A stretch of 64,000 nucleotides of DNA, from NCBI GenBank assembly GCA_051294375.1, contig CM119264.1, positions 12,340,263-12,404,262 on the forward strand. Reading direction: 5' to 3'. The position numbers and the translations under genes were made by a program. A model generated the notes under the pieces. The model had not been told where the DNA came from. It searched no databases and saw only the letters and a program-made list of their open reading frames with translations. Of this stretch, positions 39,001 to 52,914 are shown piece by piece (position 1 is the first letter of the stretch; every line of letters starts with the position of its first letter). This DNA comes from Paraspadella gotoi. Taxonomy: Eukaryota; Animalia; Chaetognatha.

Positions 39001-40554
39001 TCCTCCCTAGATAAAGAAAATTGTCTCTCTCTCTCCTCCCTTTCTTCGTTCCAGACTAGGATCAAAATCAATATGTTCTTCGATCACTCTCTGTTTAGTG
39101 GATGAACCCGTCCCACAATACACTTCCTGACGTTCGGTTCTCCGTCGGCCCTTCCTCTACCGTCCGTGCCGCCTTTCCGGCCAAATGCGCTCTCTCCGTG
39201 CCCAACCAGGGCCCTACGCTCTCGCGGTGTGCAGCAGGGTTGGTGGGGCGGGTTCAACGCTTTTGAAGCATCTCGCACTATGGAGTCATCAACAGGGAAC
39301 GGAGGATACAGCGATACCTCTCTCGATGTGGATGAAGAAGGTTTTGGGTCTGGCCGGTGACGAAGGTTATTTCAAGTCTTTACCTCCCAATACATATTTT
39401 TAAAAAAACATTATGAAAATTTTTACGGCTTAGCTTACCGTTACTAAATGGTAAGCTAAAGATCGCGCAAAGAAGACTAAACAGAGGTTCTTTTTTTACT
39501 TGATCAGTTATTTGTTTTTTTTTCTGTTTTCGGTTGTGAAATTTATTTAGAACAAAATTATTTATGAAAGACATGTTCGACTTTGTCATTAAGTTTTATA
39601 AGATATTCTTTAAAAAAACAAAGAGGCGGCGCCACAGTAGTCCGCTTAATTTGATTTTTAACAAATGACAAATAAAACTATAGCAATTACAAGCGTTTTT
39701 AAACTCAAGTGAGACAGACCGGATGGAAGACATAAGCGAACGATGAAACGACGCGACCCGACCGACCGAAAAGTGACTTAAAGTGTTTGCTCCGCGATAT
39801 TAACAAAAAATTAAATTATAAAAAAAAAAATTGTGAGGTTTGGGAAGCCAAAAGTCAGTTTCGTGAGAAGTACGAGGTAGGAATTTTTCGGCTGGATGAG
39901 GAAGATCCTGCTAAAGGGCAAAGGGTTTGACTGGTTGGCGCAGGAATACAAGATAGGCGCCGACTGGGAAAGGGTTAGGGATTGACAGGAGCTGCCCGTC
40001 TGGGTGAGGACAGGAAGCGTGGGCAGGGGATTCACCGGTTAGGCGAGAAACGAAGGGGAAGGGGGAACTCGCGGAGATGGGAGCGCGGTCAAACGTCAAA
40101 TCGCTGATGGTCAGAGCGAGGCGGGCGCAATTAGTCGGGTCGCCTGAGGGTGCGTGGCCGGGAACCGGGCGCTTGATTAAGAATGATACAAAAGTGTCCG
40201 GGATGCAGCGGGGAAGGTGGGGAATTATGGGTGAGGGGTGGAAGGCGGGAACGGGCTGTCGAGAAAAGAGGGATTTTTTTAGGGTTATTTAAATATTGTA
40301 GGGAAAGATATCGCCAACGCGGGTGACGGATGAAAGGGGTATGTAAATAGGTAGACTAATATGATAGTATGCTCATAAGCGAACAAATAAAAAAACAACA
40401 CAAAAGAAAGGATCAGAGAAAGAAACAAGAAAGAAAGCAAGCTGGAAAGTAAGAGAAAAAGAAGAGGAAAGGAAAAAGAAAGAAAGAGAGAAAATGACAG
40501 ACTGAAAGAGATGGAAAGGCAAATATTGAAGTAAAGGCACTAAAGGCGAGAGAG

Positions 40555-40629
<75 letters not shown>

Positions 40630-40890
40630 GGCAGATCCGTCGCGTAATCAGCCGAGCGAAGGGAAAGGACATGAACGGTTATTGGAACCAGAGTTTGTTT
40701 TAAGAAGTGAGTTGAAAGTTGATTCCCTTTTTATGGCCGCGGGAGAAAGTGGAAACGGGAAGAGGAAGAGGTTCTAAAAAAAAAGAGCGGGGAAAAGACA
40801 GCGAGGAAGGGGAGGAAAGAGATTTCGCTGAAGTTGGAGTCAACGTAAGGTTTTTGTTAGTTAGTTGTTAGTCCATACAGTTTTTACGAA
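36081..40890 (+). repeat. Error-rich direct duplicate of ~24150-27970
   Basis: Colinear with the earlier segment but carrying dense 1-3 nt insertions that fade with distance from the 100-N gap, as expected for an unpolished long read. Confidence 0.9.
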
Positions 40891-41240
40891 TAGGTAATTA
40901 TTAGGTTTTGAGTCGGTTCGAAGTAGCTTGAGATTGAGCTTTGGCGAAATTTTATTCGGCAGAGCGTTAATAGTAAAATAGTATAAACGGAAAATTAAGA
41001 TTTATAACTAAACCTCAGGAATGGAATTACGCAAAAACCAAGACGGGGTCGAAAATGTGCAGGTATAAACTTTGTTTATAATCTCTCTTTTCGTTGCGTT
41101 TATTAATTAGGAAAACATTTTTAATGTGAGAACAATCGATTTAATGACAAATACAGTCGGACATGTTTTGACCTTGCTGGACGAGTCTTCATTTCAAATT
41201 TCATTCAGATTTTAAAAAAAAAATAAGTTCAAATGGTGGA

Positions 41241-41460
41241 GTGGTTTACAGGGGTAGCGAGCTGTAGTAAAATTTTCTGCTGTCCACCTTACTATGGCTT
41301 CAATGTGTAGTGGTTACAGCTGGTAGCGAGGCTGTACATGAAATTTTCTGCTGTCCACCTTACTATGGGCTTCAATGTGTAGTGGTTATCAGCTGGGTAG
41401 CTGAGGCTGTATGAATTTCTGAAATTTTATGCTGTCCACCTTACTATGGCTTCAATGTGA
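41241..41460 (+). repeat. Minisatellite, 3 copies of a ~70-bp unit
   Basis: Unit GTGGTTACAGCTGGTAGCGAGGCTGTA...AAATTTTCTGCTGTCCACCTTACTATGGCTTCAATGTG(TA) is repeated three times. Confidence 0.85.
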
Positions 41461-41779
41461 GGCGATGACGGGTGAGATAAAGCGGAATTCGATGATTATT
41501 TATTGAATTGTTTATTTAAGCTTTAAGTTAAGGGCTGACACCTATGAAGAGGTTTTAATTTTACTATCTTCTACCAAACAAAAAACGAATTTTACGAAAA
41601 TCAGTTATCACTCTGTACGCATTATTTCTACACATTCTGTCCTGAGATGTTTAGTAAGTATATGTAGCGAGAGGATTATCGGGCTAACATTTTGTCAAAT
41701 TCATGGAAAAGATAAAGTTAGAGTTTTTTAAATCTTTTCTCGTTGGTTTAACATCACGTTCCGTATGAAAACGAAGAGG

Positions 41780-41833
<54 letters not shown>

Positions 41834-42189
41834 CTATAAGGGAGAATCTCGTTTTTCACCGTTTGTATTTTATGAGGCACAAGGTTTGCGAAGAGCGGGG
41901 ATAAAGAAGTGACAGATATAAATAAAAAATAGAAAGAGAAAAAGAAATAAAAAAAAAGCATTAAGATTGGAATAAGAAAAAGTCTGACGAAGACGAGAAG
42001 GAAAGGAAGGAAGGAGAAAGAACTGAGTCTCAGAATAAACGATAAACAGGAGAAGTCATAAACAATGTGAAAAAAAAGAAGATGAAAAAAAAAATTTTGC
42101 CGACGAAACGGTGGAGACACATTTATATGGAAAATAAAAACATAAAAAACAGGAAAGACAAAAAGCAGAACGGAAAACGTAAATAAAGG

Positions 42190-42259
<70 letters not shown>

Positions 42260-42942
42260 AGAGAACGCGGGATAGAGCAGAAGTAAGCGACCGTGTCGCG
42301 GTATGATAGCAAAACAAAAAATAAAAGAAAAACAAAATTTTCTCCTACAATTTTTTTTTTAAGAAGGTTGAAGAAAATTGAATTGGAAGTCCCCCCCCTT
42401 CTCGTCGTCGTTTTCCTTGGATGGAGGGAGTGATCTTGGGAGGAAAAAGGAAAAGAAGAGAAATATAAAAATAAAAAAAAAAAGAGGAAAACGGGCACAT
42501 GTGATTCGTAGTGAAAATGGAAATAAAGATAGCGGGCTGAGAGAAAAAAAAAAGGAGGGATGGCGCTTCTTAAATAGTGAGAATGAAGGAAAAGAGAGAG
42601 TGATGAAGAAAAATGGAGAAGTGGAGGAAAGAACAGGAGAAAAAGAAAGAGCGTGTTTCCCCTGGCGAGAAAAGGTTCAACCTTTAGAGATTTCACGAGG
42701 AAAAACTGAATTTTTAAAAATTAACAAAAGAAAAAAAAAGGAATTGAAATCGAATTGAAAATTTTGAAATGTGGCCCGAAAAATAAGAAAGAAAAAAAAT
42801 CAATTCATGGAGCAAAAAATATTTTTTTTGGGCGAAAGAAATGTCTGCGGTTTTCATCGTTCGGCGGTTCTAAAAGTATTAATAAGTCCATCAGATGTTC
42901 TGGAGAGGAGAGAGAGAGAGAGAGAGAGGAGAGCCAGGAGAA

Positions 42943-42973
<31 letters not shown>

Positions 42974-43388
42974 GAGAGAGAGAGTTTGAACAACATACAA
43001 TGAGTTTCTCACCTAACATCAAGAGCATCAACAGCAACCAAAAGTCCTAACTGCAAAGGAGCGCGTGACCAAACCATTAGCGATATAACAGCAAAAAAAA
43101 TCTCAAATAGGAGGAGTCAGGGAGTCCTGCCCGTAGCTGCCACGCATCTAAACACCCTCGCTCACAAAAAGAAAAAAAGAATAAACCCTTTGCCTGAAAC
43201 AAACTCAGTTTTTTTTATAACGTCTCCGAAATCTTTTGTTTGGCTCGAATTGTTATTTGAAAAAAGGAAACGCGATGGCAACGCTGGCAGCGTATCTTTA
43301 CAACTCTCATTGAATTGACATTGATCATTAAAAGGTGAAGCGATAATCAACTGTCTTTCTCTCTCTCCCTCTCTCTCCTCTCTCTCTC

Positions 43389-43438
<50 letters not shown>

Positions 43439-43802
43439 CCTATCTCCCTGGTTCTCTCTCTACCTCTCTCCCTTTCTCTCTTCACCCGCTTATTCCATAT
43501 AAGCGTGGCTCCTCTTAATGGAATCACGGAACTTAATTCAACGCGCGGGATTTTTTTTATCTTCTCCTTTTTTTTTTTTCTTTTCGGGTTTTTTTTTTTT
43601 TTTTTTCTTTTTTTTTTTTTTTCTTTTTTTTTCTTTTTTTTTTTGTTTTTTTTTTTTTTTTTTTTTTTCGCTTTTTTCTATTTTTTTTTTTGTTTTTTTT
43701 TTTTCTTCTCTCCTGCATCCCGCCTCTTCTCGTCGTCCTCCACAAACGTAGATTAACTCCGTATCACGACGCGACGGCAAAATGGTGAGAGAAGAAGAGG
43801 GG

Positions 43803-43882
<80 letters not shown>

Positions 43883-44328
43883 GGCGAGAAAGTCAGGGAG
43901 ACAGCGAGACAGAGAGGAGAAGGGGAAAGACCGCCGATTCATCCTTATCTCTAGGATTAGCACAGGNNNNNNNNNNNNNNNNNNNNNNNNNNNNNNNNNN
44001 NNNNNNNNNNNNNNNNNNNNNNNNNNNNNNNNNNNNNNNNNNNNNNNNNNNNNNNNNNNNNNNNNNNNNNNNNNNNNNNNNNNNNNNNNNNNNNNNNNNN
44101 NNNNNNNNNNNNNNNNNNNNNNNNNNNNNNNNNNNNNNNNNNNNNNNNNNNNNNNNNNNNNNNNNNNNCGATTCATCCTTATCTCTAGGATTAGCACAGA
44201 TTTATCGAAATGAAAATTTCACCTAATTTGAACGGAATTAAAATTTTGCTGAATAAATAAAAGATTGTGGACTCTGAAACTTGTTGCGTCCACACGATGA
44301 TTATTTATTATTTATTTTTATAATTTCA

Positions 44329-44373
44329 AAAGTTGATGAAGACTCGAAATCCAAGAGTCGAAATATGTCCTTG
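44329..44373 (+). ncRNA. Best-preserved minimal hammerhead motif; noisy sister copy at 45697-45745
   Basis: aag-TTGATGA-A-GACTC-gaaatccaa-GAGTC-GAAA-TATGTC^cttg. Stem I is aag/ctt, stem II is GACTC/GAGTC, and the predicted cleavage site is after 44369. C3 is replaced by T. The sister copy retains GAAACATGTC. Confidence 0.7.
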
Positions 44374-45190
44374 TTGTTTCCACGAAAACTGTCGTCTCTC
44401 TTAAGATTATTATTGTATGAATCCGCGTATCTGAAAGGGTATCAGCAAAGTTTGACTTATAAACTTAACGCCCGTTTGATAAAGTAATAAATTTATCTCA
44501 TCTTCCCTTTTTCCCTATTTTTTATCCTCCCTAGGGGGAGCCAAGGTTTTTTTCTCGGTTCGTTTGAGGTTTGAGTCCGGGGAAAACCGAGGAAGATTCT
44601 AAGGCCGGGCGGGCAAATCGGGAAGGGCTGGGCGGGAAAGCGAAAGAAGAAGAAAATCTGACGGGCAGAACGATCGGGCAAAATCCGGCCTTTAAATCTC
44701 GATCCAGAATCGATGGGAAGTTTTTCGCCATACGGAGAAAAAAGTGAGGGTGGAAAGAAATCGGGTTGGCAATGATGAGACTTTATACATTGCGCCCCAA
44801 TCCACCCAGCCCTTCTCCCTACCCCAACTCCTCCAAAATGATAAAAACGGGGGTAAAAAAAAATAGATCAAAAGAAAATCATGGAATGAAATGAAGGAGG
44901 ACGAAAAAATTGGCCCTACCCAAGGTGAGGGCAAGGTAAGGAAAGGAAAGAAAAAGTCGGTAGGAGGCGGAAGAGGAGAAAAGGGCGAAAGAGGAACCGG
45001 AAATGACGAAAGGGCGAAGGGGACCGGGAAATGGGAGGAGCCGGTAGATGGAAGGGGTCGCGGGGAGGAGGAGAAATCGACGGCCCGAGAAAAAAGGGGC
45101 GGGCAACAGAGAAACCTACCACGATTTTTCTTTTTTAGAACCAAAACTCAATTTCCTTTTTTTTTNNNNNNNNNNNNNNNNNNNNNNNNN

Positions 45191-45213
45191 AAATCAACTG
45201 ATCTTCTCTCTCT

Positions 45214-45264
<51 letters not shown>

Positions 45265-46580
45265 CCTATCTCCCTGGTTCTCTCTCTACCTCTCTCCCTT
45301 TCTCTCTTCACCCGCTTATCCATATAAAGCCGTGCGCTCCTCTTTAATGGAATCCACGGAACTTAATTCAACGCGCTGGGATTTTTTTCTCTCTCTCTCT
45401 CCTCCACAACGAGAATTAAACTCCGTTAATCACGACGACGCGCAAATGGTGAGTAGAGAGAGAGAGAGAGATGATGACTGAGAGAGATGAGAGGAGAAAG
45501 AGAGAGAGACGGCAGAAAGTCAGGGAGCGACAGCGAGACAGAGAGGATGAGGGAAAGGGACGCCGATTCATCCTTATCTCTAGGTATTAGCATCAATTTT
45601 ATTCGAAATGAAAAATTCACCTTAAATTTTGAACGGAGTTAAAATTTTTGCTAATAATTAAAAGATGATTATTTATTATTTATTTTTATAATTTCAAAAG
45701 TTGATGAAAGCACTTCGAAATCCAGAGTTCGAAACATGTCCTTGTTTGTTTTCCACGAAAACTTCGTCTCTCTTAAGATCAATTATTGTATGAAATTCCG
45801 GCCTATCTGAAAGGGTATCAGCAAAGTTTGAACTTATAAACTTAACGAGATATATAAAGATAAAGTAATAAAATTTTCTCCTCATCTTTCCCTTTCTTCC
45901 CTTATTTTTTATCCTCCCTAGGGGTGAGCCAAGCGTTTTGTCATCGGTTTCGTTTGAGTGTTTGAGTCCGGGGAAAAACGAGGGAAGATTCTAATAGCCG
46001 GGCGGGCAAATCGCGGAAAGGCTGGGCAGGGGGGAAAGCGAAAGAAGCAAGAAAATCTTGACTGGGCCAAAGCGATCGGGCAAAATCCGCTTAAATCTCG
46101 ATCCAGAATCTGATGGAAGTTTTTTCGACCATTACGGAAAAAAATGTGAGGGTGGAAAGAAATCGATATGTTGGCAATGATTGAGTACTTATACATTGCG
46201 CCCCAATCCACCCAGCCTTTCTTCCCTACCCCAACTCCCTCAAAATGAAAAAAAGGGGTAAAAAAAAATAGATCAAAAGAAATCATGTGGAATGAAATGA
46301 GACCGAAGGACGAAACAAAAATTGGCCCTACGCCAAGGGTGCTAGGGCAAGGTAAGAGAAAGCAGAAAGAAAAAGTCGTAGGCAGGCGGAAGAGGAGAAA
46401 AGGCGAAAGAGGAACCGGAAATGACTGAAAGGGCGAATGGGACCGGGGAAATGGGAGGAGCCGGTAGCATGCTGAATGGCGCGCGCGGGTGAGGAGGAGA
46501 AATCGACGAAAAAGGGCGGGCAACAGAGAACCTACCACGATTTTTCTTTTTTAGAACCAAAACTCAAATTTCCTTTTTAT
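45191..46580 (+). repeat. Noisy direct duplicate of ~43345-45165
   Basis: Starts immediately after a 25-N gap and is colinear with the preceding segment, with scattered indels. Confidence 0.9.
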
Positions 46581-46680
46581 TTTTTTGGTTTCCAAATTCG
46601 GCGTGAGACTTAAAAGGGGAAAAGGTATTAGAAAAGAGCCAAATTATGGAGAGAGAGAGAAGAGAAGAGAGGAGAGAGAT

Positions 46681-46720
<40 letters not shown>

Positions 46721-46984
46721 AGTGCCTGACCCTCGAAAAGCCAGATGGCAAAGAAACAATTTTTTTCCCTAGTGACGAATTGCGGAGTAAGTGGTTTTAA
46801 GTAGGTTTTTCTGAATGACTNNNNNNNNNNNNNNNNNNNNNNNNNAATAGAAATAGGAGGCACTGCGAAGACGGCCAAAGTCGAATGGTCAGGAAAAAGT
46901 AAGTACGGTCAATTTTCTCTTCACACGAAATCCGCCCGCTGATTACCGCCTCTTCTTCTTCTCTCTCTCTCTTCTCTCTCTCTC

Positions 46985-47019
<35 letters not shown>

Positions 47020-49126
47020 GCCATTCAGCGTATTGTATACTTAAAGTCTAACAAGATTCAGTCTGATCCTCTATATAATCAGGGTATTTTCTTCGAAAAT
47101 GAAAATCCGAAAGGAGTTTCTCCCACCATGCCGTGATACTTCTCTTTGTAATTATATTCTTTTCATTTCATATTTTCCTCTCCTCTTCCCTCTTCTCGTG
47201 ACTCCCGTCCTTTTCAAAAGCACTTTTTTTTCTCTTCCATCTGCCCAGACGAGTCTGTGATATCTTTTTCGTCATATCTCACATTTCCTCCATATTTTTA
47301 CGAAACGGAAAAGCGTATTGTGCTCGTCCGCAAGTTCACAGAAAACCTGGCGTCTGTATGCCTAAATTGCTTATTGCTTAATATCTCATTTATGCTTCTC
47401 AGGAATATTCAAGCTCAAAAATATTTAACGGAAAATGACGTTCTCACGAAACACGTAGCTTTCTAGCTCTAGAGTTGTCTTTTTATAAAATTACATTTAG
47501 AATAAAAACAATTTAATTAAAAATCATTTTCCCCCCAACCCGATTTTCGATCTCTCGTTGTCAATGATGAACGTTGGCTGCTTCAACACTGGTTCTTGCC
47601 AAGAAAATGGTTCATTGATTGATTAATTGAAGTGAAAAATATTATTTTTATTTTTATATTTTATTGTAATGAAAGATGAAAATAGAAAATAGATAGAGAG
47701 AGAGAGAGAGAGGGAGAGAGAAAGAAAGGGTAGAGGGAGAGAGAGAGAGGAGGGAGAGAGAGCCGTTCCAGGGGGCAGGAAAATCCATCCCCCTGGGGGT
47801 AGCCCTAGGGGGCAAGGTTTTTCTAGCCCCTGGGGGATTCCCCCTGGAGTGGCCCCTTGGGTTTCCAAAAAAGAGGCTACAGGGGGCCGCCCCTAGGCGG
47901 TAAGGATTTGCATGCCCCTCGGGGCCGCCCCTGGAGCCACCCCGCGGGGCCGCCCCCAGCACCGCCCCCGGGGGAAGCGATTCTGAAGGATGACATACTT
48001 GAGAAAATGCCACAAAAGCCACCGATGACCTTTGGCTCACCTCAATCGAGCAGCCATCAACTTTTATACGGCGCCTGACGATCGTCATTCTGCTCATACG
48101 GATGCCCTTATCATGGAAGAAAAGTCGACAACCGCAACCCACCTTTTCCGAGTGGGTATAACAGTTTTTCGAGTTCGGCAAGCGAGCAGCGGCTTTCAGC
48201 CAACCGGTCTCACTCCAAAACTTTCCCTCTCCTACCATCCATAATCCCTGTCTTCATTTTCGACAATTTAACGATCACGCAAACTCAAAAATTTAAGGAG
48301 ATGGAGGCTTAACTTGATATTGCTACGATTATTGCCCGCCTTTGATACTAAACGAGTGCTCCTATGTAACCTTAACATGCGAAAGAAAGAAAGAAAAAGA
48401 GCGAGACGGAGAGATAGAGACAGAGACAATTCTCTATTTGGCTAGACCATGAAGTCGAGAAAGGTTTAGGACGATGATATCGTAGTTAGATGTAGTAAAA
48501 TCGTTTACGGGACGAAAAAAGATGTTGTTGTGACTTGTGAGCAACAGTCGGTTAAAGGACGAGAAAACGAATCGGGGAAAGAGAGAAAAAAGTGAAAAAA
48601 GGTGGAGTCGAGTCGAGTGGAGTCGAATTCGAAAAGTCCGACCCAAAATGACTTCGAAAAATGAAAATGTTTTTCGGGAAAAAAAATAAATTTAAGAAAA
48701 TTTAGGAAAAAAAATGTAATAATTAATAGAATCGCCTTTGAGGTAACTTACAGTTGTAAAACATCCACTATTAATTATTTTAAAATAATCCTTTTTTTAG
48801 CAAAAACTTTAGTAAAAAAAAACCTTTTGCATGTCACTTGCTTCCCTCTTCATAGTCGTTGGTCGTTGTCCCTCTTTTACTTTTTACCTTGACCTGTTCA
48901 TTGTGAAAAAGAAATCTTATTTCTATCCATTATCGGTTAAAGTTTATTGATCTCTTTCCTTTTCGCCACGTTCCTATTTAAAAGAAAAGTTAGGAAACTT
49001 GCCACTTATGAAAGTGCAATTTAAGACTGTGACTTACGACGTTATCGAAATCTCATTTCAACTTCAGCTTACATCATCTTTTTCAGAGTTTCCTCGTACT
49101 GTCCTTGTATTTAATGAACGATACTC

Positions 49127-49222
<96 letters not shown>

Positions 49223-49648
49223 CAGGACATAATCTCGCCTATTTGTTTGTTGTAAAATCCTCGCGTTGAAACGTTAACGACGCTTTTGTCCCTTTTGTTT
49301 ATTTCGAATCTTTTGTTTCTTTCTTTTTTTGTCGCTGCGATCGAAAAATGAGGATGATGAAAGCGAAACATAACAAAAAAATGAAGCGAATTTTTTGACG
49401 GTTTCTGCTTTTTAAAAAAGGGGAATCCACTCTACGAGAAATTTGAATTTGTCTCCCCCTCTCCTTTCGCTCCGCTCTCTCCCTTTCTGCGTTTCACGCC
49501 TTTCAGAGTTTTATTATATTTTGACCCTTTTATTCTCTCTCTCTCTTTTTCTCTCGTCCGCGGGGAACTCTCGACGGAATGGCGCCATAACAAAACTAAC
49601 CAAACAAACAAAACAAAATGAAAGCGATTTTTCCTGGAGGTCGTAACT

Positions 49649-49759
<111 letters not shown>

Positions 49760-50049
49760 TTTAAACATAAAATGATAGAAAATCTGTACCCTTGACGTTA
49801 CTCTCGTGCAAGAAAAACCGTACGATGCCATTCACCCTTTCTGAATATTTTTTCCATCATTTTATTATTGATTTCTTTCGTAGTAACTCATCTGTTCTCT
49901 TCACTTACGGATGGTCGGAATTCAATTACCGATATTCATGATTCTTTAGTTTCTTTAAAATCTTTTTTTCTATTTCTTTGATGTTAAGGGAAATTGACAA
50001 AAGTGACGAGGAAATGATGGATGTTCGTTCTCAGTCTCTTTCTCTCTCT

Positions 50050-50128
<79 letters not shown>

Positions 50129-50324
50129 AGCGGCGACATTAGTATGCGGATGGTTATGGAGGAAACATTTTAGACGGAACCGCCAGGAGAAAGATGGGTT
50201 CTCAGAGTTTTATTGAACGGATTGAGAGTGGGTTAAAGTTTTGGCGTTTCGACATTTTGTCGTTTTGTGCGCAATAATAAAACGTTTCTGATTAGAAAAA
50301 GATACATAAATTAGATATGCCTTG

Positions 50325-50916
50325 TTGAACAGCAAAAACTTACTTTCCAGGATTGCCTACTAATTTTGGAGATTAGTTTTACGGAAATATTACATTAGAA
50401 TCAAATTTTTTATAATATAACTTTGATTTTGTAGTTATGCAACGCTTTGCAATGAAGCGGTTTGAGATGAAAAACTGCAGACGAATTAAATTTAAAAGAA
50501 GATGAAAGAGATGGTAGATGAACGAGAAAGGTTAACCGCTTGAGTGAGGAAGTTGGTATGTTTAGTCTCAGAAAGCTAAAAGACGAAATGAAGCCGCTTG
50601 ACGAGCATTCCTCAGTCCTCAATCCTCACCCGAAACATGCAAAAGGTAAAACTGGGCAAACCTCATTCATAGAGAGTTAGAGAAGCGGAAAAAAAAACTT
50701 GCCTCGACTTGCCTGTCGAGGAGGTACAAAACCGCGGAAGCATGCCTTACCGCCGATAAAAAAGCTCCTGCGTCGTGTGCTGACTTTTCGCGGAAAGGGA
50801 AAGGACGGGAAAAAAAGAGCCCATCAGCGCTGATGAGATCAAAAGGGGGATCAAATTGTCTTTGCTCTTTCTACCTCAGCCTCTTTCTGTCGATGTGGTT
50901 GAGGGGAAGGAAAAAC

Positions 50917-50984
<68 letters not shown>

Positions 50985-52134
50985 GGCCGAAAAATTTTTT
51001 GGAAGAGGAGAGGAAAATATAAACGAGGTCGAACTAGCATCGCAAATGCATACGACGCTTTTAGCATAATCGGTCCTCAAATTTCCTAGAAATGAAAAGA
51101 GGGGGAAGCCAGATTTTTTTTTCTTTCAGCCTTGAGAAGGAAGAGGAAGTGAGAGTATTCGGATGTTAATAAGGGAAACGGGGTAATCGAAAACGGTTTA
51201 TAGGAACTCATTAAGGGAATCGCTCATTCGCGGCTTTTCAAAACTCTCCGGTTCACTATCACTCTTTTCATTCGATCATGAGTCGGTTCTGTTTCGTGCG
51301 AAGTGATTTGTCTGTTCACAAGTAGAAAAAAAAAACGAGCGATAATCACGCGACCCTCTGTCAAGTCAAAGGCCATCTCCCTTTTTAATTTTTTTAATGA
51401 AAATCAGTTCAGGATTACAAGTTGCGCCGCTTACGAATTTGGATTTCCTACTCGGAAATAGGGGAAATGTCTTGAGTTGGTTATTTGGGATCTCTCTCTC
51501 TCTCTCTCTCTCTAAAAGAGAAGAATTATAATCCCTTTTGGGGTTTGAACAGCAAAAACTTACTTTCCAGGATTGCTACTAATTTTGGAGATTAGTTTTA
51601 CGGAAATATTACATTAGAAATCAAATTTTTTATAATATAACTTTGATTTTGTAGTTATGCAACGCTTTGCAATGAAGCCGGTTGAGATGAAAAACTGCAG
51701 ACGAATTAAATTTAAAAGAAGATGAAAGAGATGGTAGATGAACGAGAAAGGTTAACCGCTTGAGTGAGGAGTTGGTATGTTTAGTCTCAGAAAGCTAAAA
51801 GACGAAATGAAGCCGCTTGACGAGCATTCCTCAGTCCTCAATCCTCACCCGAAACATGCAAAAGGTAAAACTGGGCAAACCTCATTCATAGAGAGTTAGA
51901 GAAGCGGAAAAAAAAACTTGCCTCGACTTGCCTGTCGAGGAGGTACAAAACCGCGGAAGCATGCCTTACCGCCGATAAAAAAGCTCCTGCGTCGTGTGCT
52001 GACTTTTCGCGGAAAGGGAAAGGACGGGAAAAAAGAGCCCATCAGCGCTGATGAGATCAAAAGGGGGATCAAATTGTCTTTGCTCTTTCTACCTCAGCCT
52101 CTTTCTGTCGATGTGGTTGAGGGGAAGGAAAAAC

Positions 52135-52204
<70 letters not shown>

Positions 52205-52715
52205 AGAGGGCCGAAAAATTTTTTGGAAGAGGAGAGGAAAATATAAACGAGGTCGAACTAGCATCGCAAATGCATACGACGCTTTTAGCATAATCGGTCC
52301 TCAAATTCCTAGAAATGAAAAGAGGGGGAAGCCAGATTTTTTTTTCTTTCAGCCTTGAGAAGGAAGAGGAAGTGAGAGTATTCGGATGTTAATAAGGGAA
52401 ACGGGGTAATCGAAAACGGTTTATAGGAACTCATTAAGGGAATCGCTCATTCGCGGCTTTTCAAAATCTCCCGGTTCACTATCACTCTTTTCATTCGATC
52501 ATGAGTCGGTTCTGTTTCGTGCGAAGTGATTTGTCTGTTCACAAGTAGAAAAAAAAAAAACGAGCGATAATCACGCGACCCTCTGTCAAGTCAAAGGCCA
52601 TCTCCCTTTTTAATTTTTTTTAATGAAAATCAGTTCAGGATTACAAGTTGCGCCGATTACGAATTTGGATTTCCTACTCGGAATAGGGGAAATGTCTTGA
52701 GTTGGTTATTTGGGA

Positions 52716-52730
<15 letters not shown>
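50325..52730 (+). repeat. Near-identical 1.2-kb tandem duplication (50325-51510 / 51546-52730)
   Basis: Sequences match except for homopolymer and microsatellite length differences. The junction lies at a (CT)n tract. Confidence 0.92.
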
Positions 52731-52750
<20 letters not shown>

Positions 52751-52843
52751 CTCTCTTCTCTCTCGTCTCTCTCTCCTCTCTCTCTCTCTCCTCTCTTCTC
52801 TCTCTCTCTCTACTCTTTNNNNNNNNNNNNNNNNNNNNNNNNN

Positions 52844-52879
<36 letters not shown>

Positions 52880-52914
52880 TCTCTTCCCTCTCTCTCTCTC
52901 TCTCTCTCTTTTCG

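Noticed and set aside
41241-41460. CRISPR-like array (also considered for 61545-61790)
   Set aside because: Units are head-to-tail with no unique spacers, the context is eukaryotic, and there are no cas genes.
41728-42696. 322-aa hydrophobic minus-strand ORF and the many RERE/SLSL ORFs
   Set aside because: These are by-products of purine-rich and (GA)n tracts that lack stop codons.
50822-50862. CTGATGA-GATC...GATC-AAATTGTC hammerhead-like string (also at ~52048)
   Set aside because: It lacks the GAAA core and stem III, the CTGATG is part of a local palindrome (CATCAGCGCTGATG), and it does not match the family consensus.
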